Origin: Candidatus Binatia bacterium
GTDB lineage: Bacteria > Desulfobacterota > Binatia > UBA9968 > CAXXLF01
Reading direction: 5' to 3'
Assembly (NCBI GenBank): GCA_963664015.2
Contig: CAXXLF010000002.1
Coordinates: 832,001-896,000 of the forward strand
DNA length: 64,000 bases
Under the pieces are notes generated by a model. The model was not told where the DNA came from and did not search any database. It was given only the letters and a program-made list of their open reading frames with translations. This document shows, one piece after another, positions 9,575 through 18,760 of this stretch (position 1 is the stretch's first letter; the number at the start of each line of letters is the position of its first letter). A program made the translations under genes and the position numbers.

Positions 9575-10834
9575 ATGGCTGACAGAGAAACGGGGCTCCT
9601 TTCACCCTACCGTGTTCTAGATCTTACCGATGAGCTGGGCTTTCTGTGCGGTAAGATCATGGGCGACCTCGGAGCCGATGTTATCAAGATCGAACGACCG
9701 GGCGGTGACCCGGCTCGGATGATCGGGCCTTTCTTCCATGATCAGGCCGATCTGGAAAAGAGCCTCTACTGGTTCGCCTTCAACAACAACAAACGAGGCA
9801 TTACCCTCAACCTGGAAAGCGTTGAGGGACGAAAGCTCTTCGGCCAGTTAGCGGCCAAGGCCGATTTCGTTCTCGAATCCTTTACTCCCGGATATCTGGA
9901 TGGGATCGGTCTCGGTTATGAAGACTTAAACCGAATCAATCCCCGATTGATCGTTACCTCCATCACGCCCTTTGGCCAGACGGGCCCCTACAGCCGGTTC
10001 AGCGCGACCGATATCGAGATCATGGCCATGAGCGGATGTATGTCTCTTAGCGGAGATCCGGACCGGGCCCCAGTCCGCATCACCTCTCCTCAGTCTTACC
10101 AGTGGACCGGGTCCTACGCCGCCATGGGCACCATGATCGCCAACCACCAGCGCCAGCAGACCGGCGCCGGCCAACAGGTAGACGTCTCGGCACAATCGTG
10201 TCTGTTGTGGGCCTTTTCCCATGCCCACACCTTCTGGGATCTGAATCGTACTCTGGAAAAGAGGGCTGGATCCTTCATGACTGGACGGAGTATTACGGGT
10301 GCCAAGATGCGTGTCTTCTGGCCCTGCACGGACGGTTATCTCAACTTTATCATTTACGGCGGTGAGGCGGGACGCAAGACCAATCAAGCACTAGTGGAAT
10401 GGATGGAGTCAAAAGGAATGGCACCGGAATTTCTCAAGCAAAAGGATTGGAAGACTTTCAACATCGCCCAGGTCACTCAGGAAGAGATCGATACCATGGA
10501 GGAACCCATTGCGCGCTTTTTTAAAGGCGTCACTAAAGTTGAGTTCCTCGAACAGGTGATTGCCAGGGGCATGCTAGGCTACCCGGTGTCAACAGCAAGC
10601 GAGATCGTGCAGGATCCCCAATTGGAGGCCCGCGGGTTTTGGCAGGCGCTGGATCATCCAGAACTGGGCACATCCGTAATCTACCCAGGCGCTTTTTCTC
10701 AATTCTCCGACGCCCAGTGCCCCCTTCGTCGTCGTGCTCCCCTCATCGGTGAGCACAACAATGAGGTTTACGTGAAGGAAATGGGGCTCAAACCGGCCGA
10801 GATGGACCAGCTCAAAGAGAACGGAATCGTGTAA
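9575..10834 (+). CDS. Class III (CaiB/BaiF) CoA-transferase, subunit 1 (BbsE-like)
   Basis: LSPYRVLDLT...LGADVIKIERPGGDPAR, NNNKRGITLNL, SITPFGQTGPY, APLIGEHN. Confidence 0.92.
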   Translation: MADRETGLLSPYRVLDLTDELGFLCGKIMGDLGADVIKIERPGGDPARMIGPFFHDQADLEKSLYWFAFNNNKRGITLNLESVEGRKLFGQLAAKADFVLESFTPGYLDGIGLGYEDLNRINPRLIVTSITPFGQTGPYSRFSATDIEIMAMSGCMSLSGDPDRAPVRITSPQSYQWTGSYAAMGTMIANHQRQQTGAGQQVDVSAQSCLLWAFSHAHTFWDLNRTLEKRAGSFMTGRSITGAKMRVFWPCTDGYLNFIIYGGEAGRKTNQALVEWMESKGMAPEFLKQKDWKTFNIAQVTQEEIDTMEEPIARFFKGVTKVEFLEQVIARGMLGYPVSTASEIVQDPQLEARGFWQALDHPELGTSVIYPGAFSQFSDAQCPLRRRAPLIGEHNNEVYVKEMGLKPAEMDQLKENGIV

Positions 10835-10839
10835 AACTG

Positions 10840-12054
10840 ATGAAAGCGTTACGAGGAGTCAAGATCGTCGAGTTCGCAGCCTTTGCTGCGGGCCCTGTCG
10901 TCGGCAAACATCTGGTCGACTATGGGGCCACCGTCGTTCATGTCGAAGCCAACGCCCGTCCCGACGGGTTTCGAACCCATTATCCTCCCTACAAGGATAA
11001 CGTCTACGGCCTCAACCGTTCGGGGCTTTTCTCCCTGTGCAACAGCGGGAAACTGGGCATCACATTAAATCTCAAGAAGGCACCCCAAGCAACGGAGCTT
11101 GCACGGAAGATCGTCTCTTGGGCCGACGTCGTCATCGAGAACTTTAGCCCCGGTACCATGAAACGACTTGAGCTGGACTATGAGAGCCTGAAACCAATCA
11201 AACCGGAACTGATTATGCTGAGCAGCTCCAACCTCGGGCAAACCGGTCCCCATGCCAAGCACCCGGGATTCGGCTCCCAGCTCTCATCCCTCGCAGGCTT
11301 TACCAACTTGACCGGCTACCCTGATGGACCTCCGCAGATCCTCTATGGCCCCTATATCGATTACATCGCTGTTGGATACGGCGCTGTGGCCATCCTGGCC
11401 GCCCTGGACCACCGTAAGCGTACCGGTAAAGGCCAGTATATCGATCTGGCCCAGTACGAAACCGGACTCCACTTCATGGCCCCCGTACTCTTGGATTACC
11501 GGGTTAACGGACGCGCGGCCACCCGCAACGCCAACCGCGACCTTCACATGGCTCCCCATGGCGTCTTTCCCTGTCAGGGAGAGGACCGCTGGTGTGTACT
11601 CAGCGTTAATTCCGATGAACAGTGGCAGTCCCTGTGTGAGGCCCTGGGAAAACCGTCCTGGGCCCAGGATGGGAAGTTTCAGACGCTAGCGGACAGAAAA
11701 GAACACGAAAACGAATTGGAGCAGAAGATATCCGAGTGGACACGGCAACGGACGCCGCAAGAGGTCGTGGAGAAGCTCCAGGCCGCGGGCGTATCCGCCG
11801 GTGTCATCAATACCATGAAGGATGTTTACACGGATCCTCAACTCACCCATCGGGGTCAATGGGTTGAGTTAAATCACCCGGAGATCGGCGCCATGCATTA
11901 TCAACGCCCCCCCTTTATTCTGTCCAAGAGTCCGGCGGGGCCCCAACAACGGGATCCCCTGCTGGGCGAACACAACGAGTATTTCTTTAAGGAACTGTTG
12001 GGCCTCCCACCCAAAGATTACGCCGAGCTGGTAGATCAAGGCGTGATCGATTAA
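10840..12054 (+). CDS. Class III CoA-transferase, subunit 2 (BbsF-like, carries the catalytic Asp)
   Basis: AAGP, ADVVIENFSPG, GQTGP, GPYIDY, GKGQYIDLAQ, PLLGEHN; 5 bp after subunit 1. Confidence 0.92.
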   Translation: MKALRGVKIVEFAAFAAGPVVGKHLVDYGATVVHVEANARPDGFRTHYPPYKDNVYGLNRSGLFSLCNSGKLGITLNLKKAPQATELARKIVSWADVVIENFSPGTMKRLELDYESLKPIKPELIMLSSSNLGQTGPHAKHPGFGSQLSSLAGFTNLTGYPDGPPQILYGPYIDYIAVGYGAVAILAALDHRKRTGKGQYIDLAQYETGLHFMAPVLLDYRVNGRAATRNANRDLHMAPHGVFPCQGEDRWCVLSVNSDEQWQSLCEALGKPSWAQDGKFQTLADRKEHENELEQKISEWTRQRTPQEVVEKLQAAGVSAGVINTMKDVYTDPQLTHRGQWVELNHPEIGAMHYQRPPFILSKSPAGPQQRDPLLGEHNEYFFKELLGLPPKDYAELVDQGVID

Positions 12055-12141
12055 CTGCGCCCTGTAGACCTTACCTTCACAGGCTTGACAAATGATCCGT
12101 GGATCCATAGAGGTGGGAATCGGCACTGGGAAGGCCAGGAG

Positions 12142-12615
12142 ATGAGTGCAATTGATGAGATCCGTTTGACTGCCGCAGCACGGGATGAAATCTCAGGACA
12201 CGCGCAGGATACTTTTCCCGAGGAGTGCTGCGGCGTGATCCTCCACAGGTTAGGGCAGGACCGAGTACACCACTGTAGCAATATTCAAAACAAACTTCAC
12301 GCCCTGGACCCTCAAACCTATCCTCGTGACGCGACCATCGCCTATGCTATGGATTTCAAAGAGCTCGAGGCGATCCTGAGAGAGGCCGAGAAGAGTGGGG
12401 CCGCCATCAAGGCCTTCTACCACTCTCACCCGGGACACGGGGCCTATTTTTCTGAAGAGGATAAAGGATTTGCCTGCCCCTTCGGAGAAGCAACCTACCC
12501 GGACACCGCTCAAATCGTTATCTCCATCTACAACCGCGTGGTAAAAGAAATTTGTGCTTACGCCTGGGCCGAGCAGCAGAAGGACTTTATCCAGATTCCC
12601 GTGGTGAAGTCCTAG
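12142..12615 (+). CDS. JAMM/Mov34 (M67) metallopeptidase, Mec-like
   Basis: PEECCG ... FYHSHP....YFSEED; AGGAG SD before ATG 12142. Confidence 0.9.
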   Translation: MSAIDEIRLTAAARDEISGHAQDTFPEECCGVILHRLGQDRVHHCSNIQNKLHALDPQTYPRDATIAYAMDFKELEAILREAEKSGAAIKAFYHSHPGHGAYFSEEDKGFACPFGEATYPDTAQIVISIYNRVVKEICAYAWAEQQKDFIQIPVVKS

Positions 12616-12620
12616 CGCCG

Positions 12621-13487
12621 ATGAAATTTTCGGAGCACACTTTCAATAATCACGGCCTGGAAATCCATTACGTTGAGTGGAGAAGCGGCAAAGCCACCCC
12701 CTTTATCTTAATCCATGGTTTTCTCGATCACGCCCGGAGTTGGGACCCTTTTGTTGCTGCCCTACAAGCGGAATTCCCAACACCGAGACGAATCATCGCG
12801 CTGGACTGCCGCGGGCACGGGGATAGCGGTTGGGTCGGGGCCGGCGGATACTACCACTTCCCCGATTATGTCAGCGACCTGAATGCTCTGATCACAGAGC
12901 TAGCGGTTCCTTCGGTGCACCTTTTGGGCCATTCCATGGGTGGAACGATCTCCTTTCTGTACACAGGGACCTTCCCTAAGCGGGTAAGGAAACTCATCTT
13001 GGTGGAAGGGATCGGGCCCCACGGCCTGCCCTTTACCACGGCACCTCGCAGGATGGGAAAATGGATCGCCGAGGTGCAGCGGATAGGTCACAAAAGGCCC
13101 GTCGAGTACTCGAACTTGGAAAAAGGTGCCCAACGGCTCCGGCGAAACAATCCAAGACTGAACCCCGACCTGGCATTGCACCTCGCGCGCAATGGGATGA
13201 AACAGACAACCGGCGGCCAATGGGTATGGAAATTCGATCCGCTGCACCGGACCACATCCCCACAGCCCTTCTATACGGAACAGGCACTCCAATTTTTGCA
13301 CCGCATCGAGTGCCCGGTCCTATTGGTCACAGGGGAGGAAAGCCGGCAAATTCCCCGCGCGGACAAAAAGCAGCGAATTGAAGCCATAGCCAACCGAACT
13401 CTCGTAGGAATTGAACACGCCGGCCACATGATTCACCATGACAACCCTACTGGGCTGGCCCGGGCGGTGGCCGATTTTCACGTCTAG
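12621..13487 (+). CDS. Alpha/beta hydrolase
   Basis: HGFLD, DCRGHGDS, GHSMGG nucleophile elbow, AGHMIH. Confidence 0.92.
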   Translation: MKFSEHTFNNHGLEIHYVEWRSGKATPFILIHGFLDHARSWDPFVAALQAEFPTPRRIIALDCRGHGDSGWVGAGGYYHFPDYVSDLNALITELAVPSVHLLGHSMGGTISFLYTGTFPKRVRKLILVEGIGPHGLPFTTAPRRMGKWIAEVQRIGHKRPVEYSNLEKGAQRLRRNNPRLNPDLALHLARNGMKQTTGGQWVWKFDPLHRTTSPQPFYTEQALQFLHRIECPVLLVTGEESRQIPRADKKQRIEAIANRTLVGIEHAGHMIHHDNPTGLARAVADFHV

Positions 13488-13544
13488 ATGCCCACCGGTT
13501 GAACTCAGATTTGAATCCTGTTAGTGTCGATTTAAGAGGCTAAT

Positions 13545-13809
13545 CGTAGCTCAGGATAAGAGATTATTTTACGGCTGAGCGAAAAAGTCACCCACAAACA
13601 ATACCTTCAATGGGGTGGTGGAGGAGGTCATGACCTCCTCGGTCCCAGGCGGTACCTGCCTAACGCGGATTCGTTTCCAAGACGGTCGGCTTCGAGTTTT
13701 CGATAACGAGTTAGACAGCGACAGGTGCTGTTACTATTTTGGAATGCAACGCTACTGGAACTCCTCAAATCGGATACGAACCGCGCGCGCTAAACTGTTT
13801 TCTCAGTAA
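13545..13809 (+). pseudogene. Frameshifted DUF3553-like small protein
   Basis: Frames join to LF-LRLSEKVTHKQYLQWG-GVVEEVMTSSVPGGTCLTRIRFQDGRLRVFDNELDSDRCCYYFG; start codon lost. Confidence 0.5.
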
Positions 13810-13853
13810 CCCCTACCCGCTTTCTAGGCGATGGGGACCTGGGATAAGGGGCT

Positions 13854-14213
13854 ATGGTTATGACTTTCACCACAAAACAACCCATCATTTTAGCAGCTTT
13901 GATTGGGCTCTTTCTGGCCGGCCCGATGGAAATTCGTGCCGAGGATTGGCGTGAAAATGCTGGGGTAGGAGTGGGCGTCGCAGTTGGCAATTTATTCTAT
14001 GTACCCATCAAGGCAACCCTTGCCGTGTTCACCGTCCCCCAGAGCCTGATAGCCTTCGTAACCACGGGCGGAGACACGGAGGTCGCAAATTAGATATTAG
14101 AGGACGGCACCGAAGGACCCTGGGCGATTACCCCCGAGCTGGCACGAAAAAGTATTGGCCAACGTCTCTACGCTCTAGACGAGAAGGCCATGGCACGGGA
14201 TTCCGAACAGTAA
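13854..14213 (+). pseudogene. Secreted/membrane hypothetical protein with an internal TAG
   Basis: Signal peptide, hydrophobic segment, ...GGDTEVAN*ILEDGTEGPWAITPELARKSIGQR...; frame stays open 39 codons past TAG 14091-14093. Confidence 0.55.
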
Positions 14214-14243
14214 CCACGTGCCACAGCGAGCCTCTCTTTTTCT

Positions 14244-14981
14244 TCAGGCCTTAATATTCTTGTTATAAAGATCGATTGTTCTCGTCCACGCGTCTTTAGC
14301 CGCGTCCGGATGGTAGCGCCCCGCGTTGGTGTTGTTGTTGAAGGCGTGTTGGGCTCCCGGGTAGATCTTACCATCGAAGCTCTTACCGAACTTCTTCATA
14401 GCTTCGGTCAAAGGCTCGACGCCAGGTGTAATGTTTTTATCCTCCGCCCCATAATTACCGATCACAGGACAAGCAATATTCTGAACCGAGTCCAAAGGAT
14501 CCGGGTTGCGACCATAATAAACAACCGCTGCATTCAGATCTTTGCACTTGGTTGCGAAATTTAGGGACTGCCCTCCACCCCAACAAAACCCCACAACGCC
14601 GACACGACCGTTAACGAAGTTGAGCTTTTTGAGATAATCGACTGTGCTGCTCAGATCTTCAACGACCCCGTCGTTGGTCAGCTTGCGAATCGCTGCGATG
14701 GCGTCGTCCTCGGTCTTGAACGAAGGCGTGCTGCCTAATCGCGAGAGCAAATCCGGCGCTACCGCGACAAACCCATCTTTTGCGAACCTACGGGCCACGT
14801 CTTTGATATGATCGGCGAGCCCCTTATTCTCATGAATAACGATTACGCTCCCCAGGTTCTTCCCGTCTTTGGGGCGTGTGACGTAAGCCTTAACACTTCC
14901 AGCTTTACCTGCGTACTCGACCATTTCCGAAAACAAGCTCGCATCGTCAGCTGGTACAATAAACGGTATTGCATCTGCCAT
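14244..14981 (-). CDS. Dienelactone hydrolase family protein
   Basis: VIHENKGL, APDLLS, GFCWGG, YPGAQHAFNN; AGGAGG SD. Confidence 0.93.
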   Translation of the reverse strand: MADAIPFIVPADDASLFSEMVEYAGKAGSVKAYVTRPKDGKNLGSVIVIHENKGLADHIKDVARRFAKDGFVAVAPDLLSRLGSTPSFKTEDDAIAAIRKLTNDGVVEDLSSTVDYLKKLNFVNGRVGVVGFCWGGGQSLNFATKCKDLNAAVVYYGRNPDPLDSVQNIACPVIGNYGAEDKNITPGVEPLTEAMKKFGKSFDGKIYPGAQHAFNNNTNAGRYHPDAAKDAWTRTIDLYNKNIKA

Positions 14982-15059
14982 TTCAATCTCCTCCTTTCAA
15001 TAACTCCTATCGATAAAGGCCGTTGTATAGCCGAACCCCATAGCAAATGCTAGGGGAAT

Positions 15060-16625
15060 CTACTTTCCCCCGAACCCTCCGCCCCCGGCCGTTTCCATAA
15101 GAATACGGTCCCCCGATTGGACCGTCATGCTAACCTTTCCCGGAAGCGGTATCGTCCGTCCGTTGCGAATCAAGAGGTTCTTTCCCTTTTTTCCCTCTCA
15201 TCTCCCTTGATGCCATAGGGGGCTATTCGTCTTCTTTCTGTAAGAAGCGTACATTCAGTTACCGTCAAGAATTCCAGCTCACGGACTAATCCATCTCCAC
15301 CGGGGTGTTGCCCCGAACCACCCGAACCCCGGCGAAGCGAATAGGCCGTCACCCGGAAAGGATAACTATTTTCCAGCGCCTCGATGGGAGTATTCATGGT
15401 GTTGGTCATATGAGTGTGCACCCCGGAGGCCCCGGGACCCACAGCCCCCCCTCCCGCCCCACCACCGACCGTTTCATAGTACGAAATATTCTTCCCTCTT
15501 ATCGGGTCAGTGCCGCCCACGGCCATATTATTCATGGAACCGGAGCTAGCGGCCGGTATGCGAGTAGGCAATGCCTTGGCAAAAGCCCGGAACAGGACAT
15601 CCACGATACGTTGGGACGTTTCAACGTTACCCCCGGCCATCGCGGCGGGAGAACGGGCATTCACTAGGCTCCCCTCGGGGCTCGTCACCCGTATAGGCCG
15701 CATGATGCCACCATTGGCCGGGATCGGAAAGCGGCTGATTGTTTTGAGGACATAGAAGACACAGGAAAGTGTAATGGCGTCGTTCGCATTGAGGCACCCC
15801 TCGACCTGAGCTGCCGTACCAGTGAAGTCTATCCATGCCCGGTCATCCCTGATCGTGACCGCGACTCGAATGAGAATCCCCTTCGTGCCCAGCCCGTCAT
15901 CGTCAAGGTAGTCCTGAGCGACAAAGGTTCCGTCAGGGATCTCTCTCAGGGTTGTTCGTATCAGTCGTTCCGAATGGTCCCGCAGGGTTTTCATTTCACG
16001 GGAAAGGCGTTCTACGCCCAGATCTCTGACCTCCGATGCAACACGTTCGGCCCCTATTCTTGAGAACCCCCCACTGGGCCTTCAGATCCCCTTCCCGCTC
16101 CGTTGGCGTGCACACATTGTTGAGCAGCAGATCCCAGAGTCCCTGGTCAATTCGCCCGCCACGGATGAAGGTGATCGGTGGGATCCGAATCTCCTCTTGA
16201 AAAATATCTCTGGAAAGCGGCATAGAGCCGGGGGGATACCCCCCCACGTCTGCATGATGGGCTCGATTAGCGACATAGGCAATGGGAAGAGCCTTCTTTC
16301 CCACAAAGACCGGAGTTACCATGGTTACGTTGGGCAGATGAGTACCTCCCACATAAGGGTCGTTGAGTACGACCACATCACCGGGATTCATAGGCGCTCA
16401 CCCTAGGGCTGCTTGCACGGAGAGCGGAGTCGAGCCCAGGTGAACCGGAATGTGAGCCGCCTGAGCCACCATCTCTCCACGAGCATCAAAAGTTGCACAG
16501 GATAGGTCTTTCCTTTCCGTGATGTTGGGAGAATAAACGGTGCGACAGAGCATGATCCCCATTTCCGCCGCGATGGCACTCATCCTGTTGGAAAAGAGGG
16601 CCAGTTGTACAGGATCGAATTTCAT
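15060..16625 (-). pseudogene. Hydantoinase B/5-oxoprolinase subunit, disrupted
   Basis: FDPVQL..YSPNITERKD.SCA, HIPVHLGS, NDPYVGGTHLP, NRAHHADVGG, HTHMTNTMNTPIE, ETAGGGGFG; TGA at 16398 plus frameshifts near 16050 and 15190. Confidence 0.88.
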
Positions 16626-16781
16626 AGCCTTCCCGTTGTGCTAATTGCTAATATGGTTCGTAAAAACAACCCGTATGGGACAGAAGCGGGAACAGAAATG
16701 TTCACCCGAATTGCCTAGAATGCATATAGCGAGAACCATTCGACCTCGCAAGTCCTTGAACCCTGATTATTGAAAATAGCT

Positions 16782-17495
16782 ATGAAGTTACATCGATTCC
16801 CCTTGCTCGCCATGGTGGTCGTCGGTTTTATGATCTCCGCGTGCGCCCTGATCAAGGCCCCCTATGAAGTCGCCAAGGGTGTGGTCAAAGGAACCCTCTG
16901 GGTGGGAAAGACTACCTACAAGGTCGGGAAGTTGACCTATCAGGTCAGTGCCGGCGGCACCAAGGTGATCTATAAGATTGGCAAGTTCACCTACGTGGTG
17001 GCCAAGGCTCCCATCGAGTGGCCATTCGCCAATGAAGACATTGAGTCCATCGACGGGCTCCCACCCAAAGAAGCCATCCGCCAGGGCCGGGTCAAGAACG
17101 CCCCATACACGGTCAAGGGGAGAAAGTACTATCCCTTATCCGTTAAGCAGGCTGAGCATTATGAAAAGACTGGCATCGCCTCTTGGTACGGATATGAGAC
17201 GCGTAGGAAAAAAGACGGGCATATGACCGCCAACGGTGAGGCCTTCGATCCCAACGGGCTTACGGCTGCCCATAAACACTTACCCCTTCCCATGTACGTG
17301 AAGGTTACCAATCTTGAGAATGGCCGCTCCATCATCGTCAGGGTTAATGACCGCGGCCCCTTCCCCAGTGATAACAACCCCAGATCCGGCGATCGGATCA
17401 TTGATTTGAGCCTGGGAGCTGCAAAACGGATGGGGTTCCACAAAAAAGGAACAGCCCGGGTCCGAGTTGAAGCCCTCGAGCTTAGACGGGGCTAA
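16782..17495 (+). CDS. rlpA: Septal ring lytic transglycosylase RlpA family lipoprotein
   Basis: Lipobox ISAC; PYTVKG..Y, GIASWYG, TANGE, TAAHKHLP, VRVNDRGPF, RIIDLS. Confidence 0.9.
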   Translation: MKLHRFPLLAMVVVGFMISACALIKAPYEVAKGVVKGTLWVGKTTYKVGKLTYQVSAGGTKVIYKIGKFTYVVAKAPIEWPFANEDIESIDGLPPKEAIRQGRVKNAPYTVKGRKYYPLSVKQAEHYEKTGIASWYGYETRRKKDGHMTANGEAFDPNGLTAAHKHLPLPMYVKVTNLENGRSIIVRVNDRGPFPSDNNPRSGDRIIDLSLGAAKRMGFHKKGTARVRVEALELRRG

Positions 17496-17607
17496 CCTTG
17501 GCTCCCTGCCCCGCTTCACCTAAAAAACATATTTTTATTGGACCTGATCTCTCCCATTCCATGCCTCCCTCTGGAACTTGCTTGCGCCTTCTGGCATGTA
17601 AAGGGAG

Positions 17608-18759
17608 ATGGAAGCGAAGCTGACTGTCCGGGTGATCAGTAAGATCAGCGAGGTCAAACGCGAGGCATGGGACGGCCTTCTCGACGGGGCCTCCCCATTC
17701 ATGAAGTGGGATTGGCTGGAGAGCCTGGAGCGGACCGGATGCGTCGGCGCAAAAACCGGCTGGCTTCCCCAGCACCTCCTTTTAGAGAAGGACGGCAAGC
17801 CCGTTGGGGCCTGCGCCCTGTATTTGAAATCCCATAGCATGGGAGAGTTCGTTTTCGATCATGAGTGGGCTTGGTTTGCAGAGCGGGCGGGAATCCAGTA
17901 CTACCCCAAGATGCTTGTCGGGGTCCCCTTCACACCTGTCACCGGCAAGCGATTCCTGACGGATCCTAAAGAGAACCGTCGGCAACTGATTGGCCTCATG
18001 GGGCAGACCCTTATCCAGGTATGCAAGGAAAACAAGATTTCTTCGGTCCACGTTAATTTTTGCCTAGAAGAGGAACTGGAGCTTCTCAAACCTCTAGGAT
18101 TTATGCCCAAGATGGGGCTTCAGTTTCACTGGCAGAACCGAGAATACCAATCCTTCGACGACTACCTCAGCTCTTTTCGCAGCGACCGGCGCACCAAGAT
18201 CAAGAAGGAGCGACGGGAACTGTTAACGCAGGGGATCACGGTCAGGTCGGTGGAAGGAGACGATTTGACTTCGGAACTCCTTAAAACCATGTTCGAGCTC
18301 TACAAGGGCCATGTGGACCAACACATGTACGGGCAACAGTATCTAAACGTGCGCTTTTTCGAGGAACTCTCTCAGCGCTTCCGCAACCACCTCTGCCTCA
18401 TCGTCGCCGAGAGGGATTCTCGGGTTATCGCGGGAACCTTGAATGTCCAGGACGATGCGGGGCTTTACGGTCGCTACTGGGGGGCCTTTGAGGATCACCG
18501 TTTTCTCCACTTCAACGTCTGCTATTACGCCGCCATAGAGCACTGCATCCAGAAAGGACTCAGCCGTTTCGAGGCGGGAGCCGGAGGGAGTTTTAAGTCA
18601 CTGCGCGGGATGGAGGCGCAACAAACAGTGAGCACACACTATATTCTGGACCCACGGTTTCGCCAGGCCTTGCAGTCACACCTGAAAGAGGAAAAGGCTT
18701 ACACGGTTTCCAAGCAGGAAGCACTGTTGGAGAAAAGTCCCCTGAAAAAGCTAGAATAG
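17608..18759 (+). CDS. FemAB-like GNAT protein (DUF482 / peptidoglycan biosynthesis-recognition family)
   Basis: LYLKSHSMGEFVFDHEWA, YYPKML.GVPFTPVTG.R, LYGRYWG, LHFNVCYY, FEAGAGG. Confidence 0.9.
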   Translation: MEAKLTVRVISKISEVKREAWDGLLDGASPFMKWDWLESLERTGCVGAKTGWLPQHLLLEKDGKPVGACALYLKSHSMGEFVFDHEWAWFAERAGIQYYPKMLVGVPFTPVTGKRFLTDPKENRRQLIGLMGQTLIQVCKENKISSVHVNFCLEEELELLKPLGFMPKMGLQFHWQNREYQSFDDYLSSFRSDRRTKIKKERRELLTQGITVRSVEGDDLTSELLKTMFELYKGHVDQHMYGQQYLNVRFFEELSQRFRNHLCLIVAERDSRVIAGTLNVQDDAGLYGRYWGAFEDHRFLHFNVCYYAAIEHCIQKGLSRFEAGAGGSFKSLRGMEAQQTVSTHYILDPRFRQALQSHLKEEKAYTVSKQEALLEKSPLKKLE

Positions 18760-18760
18760 G

